From an uncultured archaeon (GTDB lineage: Archaea > Asgardarchaeota > Thorarchaeia > Thorarchaeales > Thorarchaeaceae): 64,000 bases of DNA. This document shows positions 9,029 to 17,688 of this stretch, piece by piece (position 1 is the first letter of the stretch; the number at the start of each line of letters is the position of its first letter). Below the pieces are notes generated by a model. That model saw nothing but the letters and a program-made list of their open reading frames with translations, had not been told where the DNA came from and did no database searches. The translations under genes and the position numbers were made by a program. The stretch is from positions 85,127 to 149,126 of the forward strand of contig CAYYQL010000004.1 of the NCBI GenBank assembly GCA_964473825.1, written 5' to 3'.

Positions 9029-10503
9029 GAAACCCGCGCGGTGACCCAATCAAAGGCACAATCTGCGCAATTATGGGCTTCATCGGGCTAGTATACGGTG
9101 TGTGGATGCTTCTCAGCCCACTGAATTTGCTCTTTGTTTCATATTTGGGAGTGTTTCCGGGTTTGACCGGTTTCTTGCTAAACACTATCCTATTCATTCC
9201 TTTCGGATATCTCTTGGTTCGAAAATGGCTCCAGACAATGCAGAAGAGAACGAGCGGTCCCGCCGCTGGAATTGACGTCCTTGAGCCCGTTGGTGGAGTG
9301 CCCGAGAGCGGCGACGAATGGGGCCGGGCAACCAGACCATACACCAAGAAGGCTGCTCCTCAGATTCTTGGCTCCAAGTCCGAGATACGCGAAGCCCCGC
9401 TAGGCATTGATGATGGCTTCTTTGTGAAGATGCCTGATCTTGATACCGGCGAGGCACTCTTTGACGCTGATGAACTCAGGTCAAGGGCTATGACTCGCTC
9501 AAAGGTGTCCTCAGGCGGCTGGATACGGAAGCGAGCGAGTTCCCGAGGGTCGGGAAGCCTGAAGTCTTCTGAGACTGAGAAGCATGGACGGCCACGACGC
9601 TCAAAGACTCCTAGGGGAGAGGTTGGCAGTATTGATATTCCCGCAACGGTTGTAGCCGCAGTTTCCCGTATGGGCAAGAAGAAAGGTGCTCCTCTGGAGA
9701 TTAAAGCAGAAGACATTCGGGAGAAGTCCTTCACGGGCAGGATACCTCTCACTGTGATCTTGGTCATTGACGTCAGCATGTCGATGAAAGGCAGTATGAT
9801 TCAAGTGCGTAGACTCGTGGAACGAATGGAACGAGAGATTCGGGGTTCTCGTGATCGAGTAGGCATCATAGCCTTCAAGGATAGTGGTGCAGTTGAGGTT
9901 CAAGCACCCACGACAAATTGGAACAAGGTGTACGGAGCTCTCTCAAGACTGAGAATATCTGGTCTGACCCCCTTGGCAGAAGGCCTGATGAGAGCCATGG
10001 AGACAATCAAACGGGAACGGATGCGGAACCCTGACATAGAGCCTCTTGTAGTAATCATATCTGATTTTTCTCCCAATATCCCTCTTGCTCAGTCAGTTGG
10101 TCCCGGTCATGCGCGGTACACACCTGTTCGCGATTTGGTGAAGGCAGCTCGCCTTGCTCGGAAAGAGAATATTCGGTTGGCTGCTGTCAATGCTGATGTG
10201 AATCAGAAGAACTGGGTCAAGTTCTTGAAGCGCCGCTATCATGATGCCCTCGAACTGGCTACATTGCTGCGGATGAGAAAGGAGGGATACAAGGATCCAG
10301 TTGCAACTATTCTTGCAGTTCCCGAGTTCAGGAAGACCTTTGGGGCCTATCTCATTGCACGGATCGCAGGTGGGCGCTGCTATCTTTCGCAAGAGGTGTT
10401 GGCGATGGATTCAGTCATTGGTGAGTTTCTAGAGGGGAGCACCCGGAGGACCCGAATCAGCGAACAGGATTTGAAACAGGTTGATGCCTACCTCCCGGAG
10501 TAA
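9025..10503 (+). CDS. ChlD C-terminal-like VWA protein with N-terminal TM hairpin (probably the C-terminal half of a frameshifted fusion)
   Basis: IDIPATV, IREK..T, MIDAS DVSMSM...GLTPL...ISD; two hydrophobic segments near the N-terminus. Confidence 0.85.
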   Translation: MRNPRGDPIKGTICAIMGFIGLVYGVWMLLSPLNLLFVSYLGVFPGLTGFLLNTILFIPFGYLLVRKWLQTMQKRTSGPAAGIDVLEPVGGVPESGDEWGRATRPYTKKAAPQILGSKSEIREAPLGIDDGFFVKMPDLDTGEALFDADELRSRAMTRSKVSSGGWIRKRASSRGSGSLKSSETEKHGRPRRSKTPRGEVGSIDIPATVVAAVSRMGKKKGAPLEIKAEDIREKSFTGRIPLTVILVIDVSMSMKGSMIQVRRLVERMEREIRGSRDRVGIIAFKDSGAVEVQAPTTNWNKVYGALSRLRISGLTPLAEGLMRAMETIKRERMRNPDIEPLVVIISDFSPNIPLAQSVGPGHARYTPVRDLVKAARLARKENIRLAAVNADVNQKNWVKFLKRRYHDALELATLLRMRKEGYKDPVATILAVPEFRKTFGAYLIARIAGGRCYLSQEVLAMDSVIGEFLEGSTRRTRISEQDLKQVDAYLPE

Positions 10504-10555
10504 ATCTTCTGTTCCTTTCTCGATTACATTATTAACGAGAAAGTCAAGGGTTGGA

Positions 10556-10664
10556 GTGCGCACAGGGCCTGTATTGCTCTGATGGCATAGTGAGCATGGA
10601 GTGCCCCGCTGGGGTTCAATGAAATCGCTTTTCATACATCATGACACAAGGTCTGTGCGCACCA
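10556..10664. ncRNA. candidate structured RNA (closing stem plus multi-way junction)
   Basis: GTGCGCACAG/CTGTGCGCAC 10-bp stem enclosing TGTA/TACA, TGCTC/GAGCA, GCCCC/GGGGT and TGAAA/TTTCA helices. Confidence 0.5.
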
Positions 10665-10682
10665 TCTCTGGAGTGAACAGTC

Positions 10683-11693
10683 ATGAAACCCGGAAAGATA
10701 CCACCGGAAATCCTGGAGAAACTCGTCTTCACCCATCTTGGACGAACTGATCCTGACCTGCTTCTCGGTCCAGGAATAGGACAGGATGCCTCAGTTATCA
10801 GGATTGGCGAATCGATCATCATTGTATCAACGGATCCGATCACCGGTTCTGTTGAGGATATTGGCTGGCTGGCGGTGCACATCAACGCCAATGACATTGC
10901 TACTTTCGGAGTCAAGCCGCGTTGGTTCTTGAATTCGATAATGCTCCCAGTCGGGTGTGGCTCTGAAGAAGTCGGACGCATCATGGAACAGATTGATCAG
11001 GCAGCAAGAGACCTTGAGATATCTGTTGCCGGGGGCCATACCGAAGTAACTGAAGGAATAGATCGGCCAATCATTGCAGGTTTCATGATTGGCATTGCGA
11101 ACAGTGGAAACTACGTTACGTCGGCTGGGGCAAGACCAGGAGATGTGATTCTGATGACAAAGATGGTTGCTATCGAGGGCACCGCAATCATCTGTACTGA
11201 GGGCGAACGATACCTGAAGGAGCATTTGGGTGTCGATTTGGTGAACGAAGGGAAGGAGTTGAGGGCCCATCTCAGCGTGGTGAAAGATGGTCTTGTCGCA
11301 TTCTCCAGTGGCCATCTAACTGCAATGCATGATCCCACAGAGGGCGGACTGGCAGGAGGAATCCATGAGATCTGCGATGCCAGTGGAGTTGGTTTCGAAA
11401 TCATTGAGGGGAATTTGACCGTTCATAGGTCCACATTGGCTGTATGTGATTTACTTGAAATCGACCCGCTGCAACTCATCAGTAGCGGATGCATGGTTAT
11501 GACCTGTCCTTCAGATCATGCCCAAGAGGTCCTTGATGCCCTCAGTGCTTCAGGAATCAAGTCTACTATGATCGGGCGGATTCTGTCTGACGCGTCACAA
11601 CGGAATATTACGAGGTCCGATCAAACCCGGGAACTCCCTCGACCGGAGTCGGATGCTCTCTGGGAAGCCCTTCAGATGGTCAAGTCCGCATGA
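10683..11693 (+). CDS. AIR synthase-related protein (PurM/HypE/ThiL fold)
   Basis: GPGIGQDA, STDPITG, NANDIA, GGHTE, MHDPTEGGL. Confidence 0.9.
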   Translation: MKPGKIPPEILEKLVFTHLGRTDPDLLLGPGIGQDASVIRIGESIIIVSTDPITGSVEDIGWLAVHINANDIATFGVKPRWFLNSIMLPVGCGSEEVGRIMEQIDQAARDLEISVAGGHTEVTEGIDRPIIAGFMIGIANSGNYVTSAGARPGDVILMTKMVAIEGTAIICTEGERYLKEHLGVDLVNEGKELRAHLSVVKDGLVAFSSGHLTAMHDPTEGGLAGGIHEICDASGVGFEIIEGNLTVHRSTLAVCDLLEIDPLQLISSGCMVMTCPSDHAQEVLDALSASGIKSTMIGRILSDASQRNITRSDQTRELPRPESDALWEALQMVKSA

Positions 11694-12465
11694 AGTCGCG
11701 AATCCTCTCTACCATCTCTTCGTCCGTTCCGTCTATTGTTATCGGTGACAGTGAAACATTGAAGTTCTTCAGGATAGCGTGAACGTCAGTTCCCTCGGGT
11801 GCATCAACTTCTATTCCCTTGAGCCAGTAGTAGGTTCTACCATGCGGGTCTTGGCGTTCTACCACTTCGTTTGCTAATCTGACTCGAGTTGGTTTCGTTA
11901 CCTCTATCTCGATATTCTCTCTGAGTTTACAAGGGAAGTTCAGGTTAAGGATGTCAACGTCGGATGGCAGTCCTCTCTCCAGGATCCGCTCTATAATGTC
12001 AAGCGATATCTCGCACACTCTGTCGTAGTCGCGACTGCTTCCTGAATTATTGAACCACTCATCTGGTCGAGCCTCGATAGAGATTGCCAATGCGGGGAAT
12101 CCTTTCAGAGCTGCCTCAAAAGCTGCTCCAACGGTTCCACTTGTTAGCATACTCTGATATCCTACGTTAGCTCCCGCATTTATTCCGGAAACAAACAAGT
12201 CGATATCGTCGACAAAACGCGAAGCGATTACTACTGAATCTGCTGGTGTGCCATCATGAGTGACTCTTCTATAACCACCTGCAGAACCATGATCATTCAC
12301 ACGCAGAGGCCTGTTCAAGGTCAGTGCCTTTCCTGTTGCACTTCTCTGACCATCTGGGACAACCACAGTAAGGTTGTAAGACTTGCTGATAGATTGTGCA
12401 AGCTTCATGAGCCCCTCGCTGTGCGGTCCATCATCGTTGGTCAGACATATGTGATACACGTTCAT
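11680..12465 (-). CDS. surE: 5'/3'-nucleotidase SurE
   Basis: LTNDDG, GTPADS, SGINAGAN, SGTVGAAFEA. Confidence 0.95.
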   Translation of the reverse strand: MNVYHICLTNDDGPHSEGLMKLAQSISKSYNLTVVVPDGQRSATGKALTLNRPLRVNDHGSAGGYRRVTHDGTPADSVVIASRFVDDIDLFVSGINAGANVGYQSMLTSGTVGAAFEAALKGFPALAISIEARPDEWFNNSGSSRDYDRVCEISLDIIERILERGLPSDVDILNLNFPCKLRENIEIEVTKPTRVRLANEVVERQDPHGRTYYWLKGIEVDAPEGTDVHAILKNFNVSLSPITIDGTDEEMVERIRDFMRT

Positions 12466-12527
12466 TGAACCTCGTTCTTGTAATACTCTGGTGCATCATC
12501 GGTTTCCTGATAAGAATGACGATGCGG

Positions 12528-12577
12528 AAAAAAATGAAGGGTTGGAAGCGTGTCGCTCCCAGTCCCGCAGGCGAGAC
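12528..12577 (-). terminator. tandem hairpins plus U7 tract after histone-fold gene
   Basis: Minus strand: GUCUCG/CGGGAC and UGGGAGCG/CGCUUCCA stems, then a T7 tract. Confidence 0.55.
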
Positions 12578-12582
12578 CGCCA

Positions 12583-12753
12583 CTACAAGTCGTAGGGTTT
12601 CAAGGTCTTTCGCTTGTTTGCAGTTGTTCTCTTGGCCGCTGCCCTGATGAGATTCTGTACTTCCTTATCAAGGGCATCGTAGAAGTCAGAAGCGACCATA
12701 AGGCCGTGTTTCTTAGCGAATTCTTGTACTTTACTCTTTACTATGAGACTCAT
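12583..12753 (-). CDS. short histone-fold protein (truncated-alpha3, face-to-face/bacterial type), missed by the ORF track
   Basis: My translation: MSLIVKSKVQEFAKKHGLMVASDFYDALDKEVQNLIRAAAKRTTANKRKTLKPYDL; RKT....D clamp; GAGGT SD upstream. Confidence 0.9.
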   Translation of the reverse strand: MSLIVKSKVQEFAKKHGLMVASDFYDALDKEVQNLIRAAAKRTTANKRKTLKPYDL

Positions 12754-12888
12754 CTCATTACCTCACTCCAAATTAATGGCAAACTACTGTTTCTAGTTGG
12801 TCGCTTATAAGGGTTGTCAGAAAACGGGCCTGAAACCGCCATTTTAGCCAACAATTCGGGGATTTTTGCCTAAAAGGGATGCATATTT

Positions 12889-13980
12889 TCAGGAAATCTC
12901 AGTGATAAGCGCCTCGACGATTCTCTCTGAGGCATCACCTGATCCATACGGGCACTCCCGCTGCCCCTCAATCCCACCCTTCAACTCATGACGAATGGCA
13001 TCTGGAAACTCGTTCGCGTCGGTGCCAACCACAGTTGAATGTCCTGATTCCACAGCCTCGGGGCGTTCAGTCGAATTTCTAAGGACAAACACCTTCTTGT
13101 TCAGTGAAGGCGCAGTAACCTCCTCTTGAATCCCTCCCGAATCTGTGATCACGAATCTGCAGGCATCGAGCAGTGTCAAGAACTCCAGATAACCTACTGG
13201 TTGGATGACTTTGATTGAGGAGTCCAAAATTGCATCCATCAAGTTGAATTCTTTCAGACGAGAAACCGTGCGAGGGTGTGCTGGAAATAGGATATTCCAG
13301 TCCAATTCCCGCAGTCCATCTACAAGGCCCTTGAGGGTCATCTTGTGGTCTACATTCTCAGCTCGGTGGAGAGTCAGCAGGACAAAGTCATCCAGTCGCA
13401 TATCGTCTATGATGGTCGACTTTGTGCGAGCTATCGGCAACCGCTGTTCTAGTGCATCAATGACCGTATTGCCCGTTACCAATATCTTCCCCCAGACATT
13501 CTCTTCTTGGAGTGTTCTTGCAGCATTCTTAGTGGGGGCAAAAAGATAGTCCGAGGCATGGTCAGTAAGCCGTCGGTTATATTCCTCGGGCATACGTCTG
13601 TCGTAGCTTCTGAGACCTGCCTCCACATGACCAACAGGTACTCCAACTTTCACGGCCGCCAGAGTAGCGCTCAATACCGCGTTTGTATCTCCTTGAACCA
13701 GTACAACGTCGGGGCCCTCCTTGAGGATTGCTTCTTCAATTCCAACAAGGGCCTTTGCTGTTTGTTGTGAATGAGTACCTGAGCCGATCTGTAGATTGAG
13801 ATCGGGTTCCCTGAGGCCCATATCTTCGAAGAATGATTGGCTCATGAACTCCGAATAGTGCTGACCTGTGTGAAGCAAGTAGTAGTCAATGCCCCGTCTT
13901 TCAAGCTCTCTTGCGATGGGAGCCATCTTCACTATCTCCGGACGTGTGCCTATTACGACGAGGGGCTGCAATGGAAACAC
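12889..13980 (-). CDS. wecB: UDP-N-acetylglucosamine 2-epimerase (non-hydrolysing)
   Basis: GTRPE, HTGQH, VQGDT, HVEAGLRS, PEEYNR, TDSGGIQEE, TERPE. Confidence 0.95.
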   Translation of the reverse strand: MFPLQPLVVIGTRPEIVKMAPIARELERRGIDYYLLHTGQHYSEFMSQSFFEDMGLREPDLNLQIGSGTHSQQTAKALVGIEEAILKEGPDVVLVQGDTNAVLSATLAAVKVGVPVGHVEAGLRSYDRRMPEEYNRRLTDHASDYLFAPTKNAARTLQEENVWGKILVTGNTVIDALEQRLPIARTKSTIIDDMRLDDFVLLTLHRAENVDHKMTLKGLVDGLRELDWNILFPAHPRTVSRLKEFNLMDAILDSSIKVIQPVGYLEFLTLLDACRFVITDSGGIQEEVTAPSLNKKVFVLRNSTERPEAVESGHSTVVGTDANEFPDAIRHELKGGIEGQRECPYGSGDASERIVEALITEIS

Positions 13981-14091
13981 TGAGAGAGTTGTTTTACACC
14001 CTTCTCTTAAAGGTGTCTAGGCAGGAACAAGACCTTTAAGACTGTGGATGGACTCTAACAGGGCCAATAGACCTTGAGGTGAGGACGCGAA

Positions 14092-14871
14092 TTGAGATAC
14101 GCTCGTGGGATATTCATCGGATCTCTGTTACCTGGGATTATCTTGGCCGGAGCTACGTTCATCAAACTGGCCGGGTATGGAGTGACCAATCAAGTGGCAC
14201 TGGAAACACTGTGGAGTATCTTTCAAGTATGGATTGTTATTTCCATTGCTGTGCTTGTTATTCCTCTTGCCGTGGCCTATGCCAAGTATCGAGAGATGTT
14301 TCGGGAGCTACTGCTCTTCGAAATTGGGGGTCTAGCCTTTTTTGCGCCGCTATGGTTTGCGCTTTTTACTGACCTTTCAGGTGACTCTTGGGTCACAGTC
14401 CTTCGTAATGGAATTGATGATGGTCTTGTATTTCTTGCTAGTGATGGTTCTCTGATTGGTGTTGACATTGGTCCTGTAATTCTGATTCCCTCCCTTGTCG
14501 TGTCAATGGTTGTCGGTGCCATACTATTTCGTCCCTCATTCATCGAACAAAACTCAGGTTCTACAGGCTCAGCAAGAACTCCGAAGGAACCCGCCAAACC
14601 GGTATCAGCGGCATCTCCAGCAACCGAGATGCCTGAAGTCGGGCGACCTGTGCCTGATGAGAACACCATAGCTGAGCTAAGAAATCTTCTGCAGACTCTA
14701 TCGGTGGCCCCTACAGCTATCGAGGCGATTATCGACTCGGATATAAAGACCGTCACCGATTTGGTCGCAACTAGTGCGAAACAAATCGCGGACATCACCG
14801 GGATGAATATTCAAGTCGCTCGTGACTTACAAGTCGCGATTCAGAAATATGTGTGGTACGGAGGAATCTAA
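14092..14871 (+). CDS. four-TM membrane protein with C-terminal HhH-like domain
   Basis: 4 hydrophobic segments, Pro-rich linker, IKTVTDLVATSAKQIADITGM tail. Confidence 0.65.
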   Translation: MRYARGIFIGSLLPGIILAGATFIKLAGYGVTNQVALETLWSIFQVWIVISIAVLVIPLAVAYAKYREMFRELLLFEIGGLAFFAPLWFALFTDLSGDSWVTVLRNGIDDGLVFLASDGSLIGVDIGPVILIPSLVVSMVVGAILFRPSFIEQNSGSTGSARTPKEPAKPVSAASPATEMPEVGRPVPDENTIAELRNLLQTLSVAPTAIEAIIDSDIKTVTDLVATSAKQIADITGMNIQVARDLQVAIQKYVWYGGI

Positions 14872-14881
14872 TACTCTCTCA

Positions 14882-15622
14882 CTATTCGAGAGAGACTAGG
14901 GCATCAAGAGCTATCTGGGTCATCTGATCTACCGGCGGCTTTCCTGAGATTGCAGCCTCCTCTCCGACAGGTTCTCCAATTATGATGCATATGGTTCCCA
15001 CTCTCACACCCCGAAGGTGACCAATGACGAAGAGCGTTGCCGCCTCCATCTCTGTTGCTAGAACATTGGCTCTTCTGAGGGCATCCCATCTGGTTTTCGT
15101 TTCTTCAGGATGCACAACATGATCAGGATACTCACTATAGAACGCATCCTTACTATGACCGATGCCTACTCGATAATCTGCTCCTCTGGATTCTGCTGCG
15201 TCAATGAGCGCACGAACCACTTCAAAATCTGCCAGAGCCGGAAACTCGATTGGCACGTACTGCTTGGATGTACCATCGTCTCTCACGGAGCCACTGAAGA
15301 CCACTAAGTCACCTGCACGCAAAGAGGAGTCAAGAGCTCCTGAGGTTCCCACGCGAATGAATGTGTCGCAGCCAACCTTGACGAGCTCCTCAATCGCGAT
15401 TGCCGCTGAAGGACACCCGATTCCTGTGGAGCACACTGCCACTTGGTGTCCTTCGTAATCTCCTTTGAAACTCCAGTATTCTCTGTTTCTCGCGATTTCA
15501 GATGGATTCTGAAAGAAGTTCTTAGCTATCCATTCAGCTCTCCCGGGATCTCCAGGCAATAGTACCTTCGTAGGTATCTCTCCCGGTGCAATTCCTATGT
15601 GATATTGCTTCTGGTTTCTCAT
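14882..15622 (-). CDS. udp: uridine/nucleoside phosphorylase (PNP/UDP family)
   Basis: QYHI, LLPGDPGRA, STGIGCPSAAIAIEEL, IRVGT, EMEAA; start moved to 15622. Confidence 0.85.
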   Translation of the reverse strand: MRNQKQYHIGIAPGEIPTKVLLPGDPGRAEWIAKNFFQNPSEIARNREYWSFKGDYEGHQVAVCSTGIGCPSAAIAIEELVKVGCDTFIRVGTSGALDSSLRAGDLVVFSGSVRDDGTSKQYVPIEFPALADFEVVRALIDAAESRGADYRVGIGHSKDAFYSEYPDHVVHPEETKTRWDALRRANVLATEMEAATLFVIGHLRGVRVGTICIIIGEPVGEEAAISGKPPVDQMTQIALDALVSLE

Positions 15623-15733
15623 ATGCTCGGTTCCCTGACGAGCCCTTCTCTCAAAGGATATAAAGAGTTCTTCAGCGTGCCACTTCTCCTTCAGAGATAG
15701 CCTTAAAACGGTCTTCAGAAGCTCGACCATCGG

Positions 15734-15967
15734 TTGTCAAAGATGAGTGACGAAATCACAGAGATTGACCGGGTCATACTAGAGGTAGTTATCCACGACA
15801 GTCATAGGCCCTCCGCGATTACCCGCATTGTCCAGAAACGCGGCATTGATTGTACACAGAACCAGGTGGTCCAGTCATTGAACAGTCTTGAAGAGAGAGG
15901 TCTCGTGGAGAGATATACCTCCAAGGCATGGGTGGGCACTTCTAACGCCGAGGCTTACGTCAAATAG
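15734..15967 (+). CDS. small winged-helix protein
   Basis: QVVQSLNSLEERGLVER wHTH pattern. Confidence 0.6.
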   Translation: MSKMSDEITEIDRVILEVVIHDSHRPSAITRIVQKRGIDCTQNQVVQSLNSLEERGLVERYTSKAWVGTSNAEAYVK

Positions 15968-16011
15968 GTTTCTCTGAGCAGATGGAATGGAACGCACAGG
16001 TTGGCTTCTTC

Positions 16012-17028
16012 TCAGGCGAATCTTGTAGCAAATGTGTCAACAATGCTATAGGTTAGGTCTGGATTGTCTTCGCAGAATATTTTAGTTCTGATGGTATTAG
16101 AAGTCACTATCCGTCCTTTGCTTTCATCGAATAGGTTCCTAAGAAGCTCCTCCTCTTGGGTCATGAGAGGCAGAACATGCACAACGGCCATTCCGACATC
16201 ATGGGCTCCCTGTTTGTAGAGGCGTTTAGCTGTCTTCAGCAGTGTGCTCCCACTCTTCGTCAGATCGTCAAGCACTATGACATTCTTACCTTCGACCGCC
16301 AGTTCCCCCCGCAGTTCGATCGTATATGAGTCCTCCCTGCTCTTTCCATATCCATTTACATCGAATCGCTCCTGCCCTCCCTCGTCAGGCGTCACGACTT
16401 TGAATTCGTCAAATCCGAATCTCTTGGCTCCAAACTGTATTAGGTCTTCAGTGATGTCGATTTCTTCGTAGAGATCTCGCTGCTCCAAATCCCTCACCCA
16501 TTTCAGGCTCTCTGTCACATGAGGATTGACTGCCCATACTTTGTTACAGGACCTGGCAATCTGGTCAAGGGCCCATCGAGCAGATGCCGCTTCGCCCGTT
16601 TCAAAGGCCTTGTCTTGGAGAGCAAAGGGCTGAAAAGTGAGCAAGACCTCGACTTTCGCCGGTGGTGCAACAGGAGTTTCCTTGTATTCCTTGTGTCCCA
16701 GCTTCTCGACTTCGACCGGTTTCTTCAGAATGTCTAAGAGAAGAAGAAGCTCAACAACACGGTCTGATGTGGTGAAGTATTCAGGTTCAGCCGGTCCTGA
16801 CCCAGTACAAGACTGAACAACCAAGACTCTTCTATCTGAGAGTTCTCGCACTTCTGCCAATCTTGTGTATATGTCGGCATTTGGGAAGAATCTCTTGTCA
16901 TCATAGTTCAGGTCTGAGGTAAAGACCCTATAGCCATGATGCTCGAATCTTGCCTTCAGATGCTCCGCACCGCTTGCAAGCACAATGTCGTACTTTTTCA
17001 TCTTAGGCAGCCGGGTCTTGCCGACCAT
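16012..17028 (-). CDS. divergent ribose-phosphate pyrophosphokinase / PRTase-fold protein
   Basis: FPNADIY, VVQSC, FALQDK, VTPDEGG, VLDDLTKSGSTL. Confidence 0.7.
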   Translation of the reverse strand: MVGKTRLPKMKKYDIVLASGAEHLKARFEHHGYRVFTSDLNYDDKRFFPNADIYTRLAEVRELSDRRVLVVQSCTGSGPAEPEYFTTSDRVVELLLLLDILKKPVEVEKLGHKEYKETPVAPPAKVEVLLTFQPFALQDKAFETGEAASARWALDQIARSCNKVWAVNPHVTESLKWVRDLEQRDLYEEIDITEDLIQFGAKRFGFDEFKVVTPDEGGQERFDVNGYGKSREDSYTIELRGELAVEGKNVIVLDDLTKSGSTLLKTAKRLYKQGAHDVGMAVVHVLPLMTQEEELLRNLFDESKGRIVTSNTIRTKIFCEDNPDLTYSIVDTFATRFA

Positions 17029-17053
17029 TTCCCCTTTATGAGACTTGTCGTTT

Positions 17054-17599
17054 TCACTTTATTTTTGGCTCACCTTGCCCAACATAGCGGCTTCCCTCTC
17101 GACTGTCATACTGAACAGACGCCTCGCTGGACAATCGGACGAACATCAGCTGCACAATTCTTTCTCCGGGATATAGAAACACAGGGCTCAGATTCTCACA
17201 AAAGATCTCAAGGGTCAGCCTACCTGGTTGTTCAACTCCCGTACCAGGGTTAACAAGCCCCGCAGCATGTACGATGATGCCAAGACGGGCGATGCTAGAT
17301 CTTCCCTCAAGAAGACCTGCATACTTGGTAGACACCGATATCACCTCTCTTGTCTGTCCTAGGATGAACTGCCCGGGAAGTATCATGAAAGGTTCGTTTC
17401 CTGTATTGACTATCTTCGTATCTCGCCCAAGACTGCTAGCATCTCGGATATCTACCGCACCTCCCGGTCCGTAAACCCGGAACACCGAATCCAGGGTCAA
17501 ATCGACACTACATGGTCCAACGTTTTCTTTTGTGAATGGGTCAATACTGATTTCGTTCTGTTCAAGCGCACGGAAGATGTCGCGGTCTGAGAGCATCAT
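17054..17599 (-). CDS. dcd: dCTP deaminase
   Basis: LSDRDI, PCSVDLTL, GRSSIARLG, LTLE, YPGERIVQ. Confidence 0.9.
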   Translation of the reverse strand: MMLSDRDIFRALEQNEISIDPFTKENVGPCSVDLTLDSVFRVYGPGGAVDIRDASSLGRDTKIVNTGNEPFMILPGQFILGQTREVISVSTKYAGLLEGRSSIARLGIIVHAAGLVNPGTGVEQPGRLTLEIFCENLSPVFLYPGERIVQLMFVRLSSEASVQYDSREGSRYVGQGEPKIK

Positions 17600-17688
17600 G
17601 ATTATGTACCTTCTTTCAGGAACTACATATACGTAATGCAACAATCTAAAATGAGTCTAGCGCATACTAACCTTGCCACCGCAGGTAC

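Noticed and set aside
10556-10664. Reading the structured element as a tRNA/tRNA-Sec (ends ACCA), hammerhead (CUGAUG..GAAA), C/D guide, SECIS, or TPP/cobalamin riboswitch
   Set aside because: No T-arm or anticodon arm geometry; the hammerhead core is CUGAUGG without proper stems; no terminal C/D boxes; riboswitch consensus motifs are absent. Kept only as an unclassified candidate.
12465-12810. Plus-strand ORFs 12465..12647 and 12550..12810
   Set aside because: They are shadows of the minus-strand histone-fold gene and its terminator.
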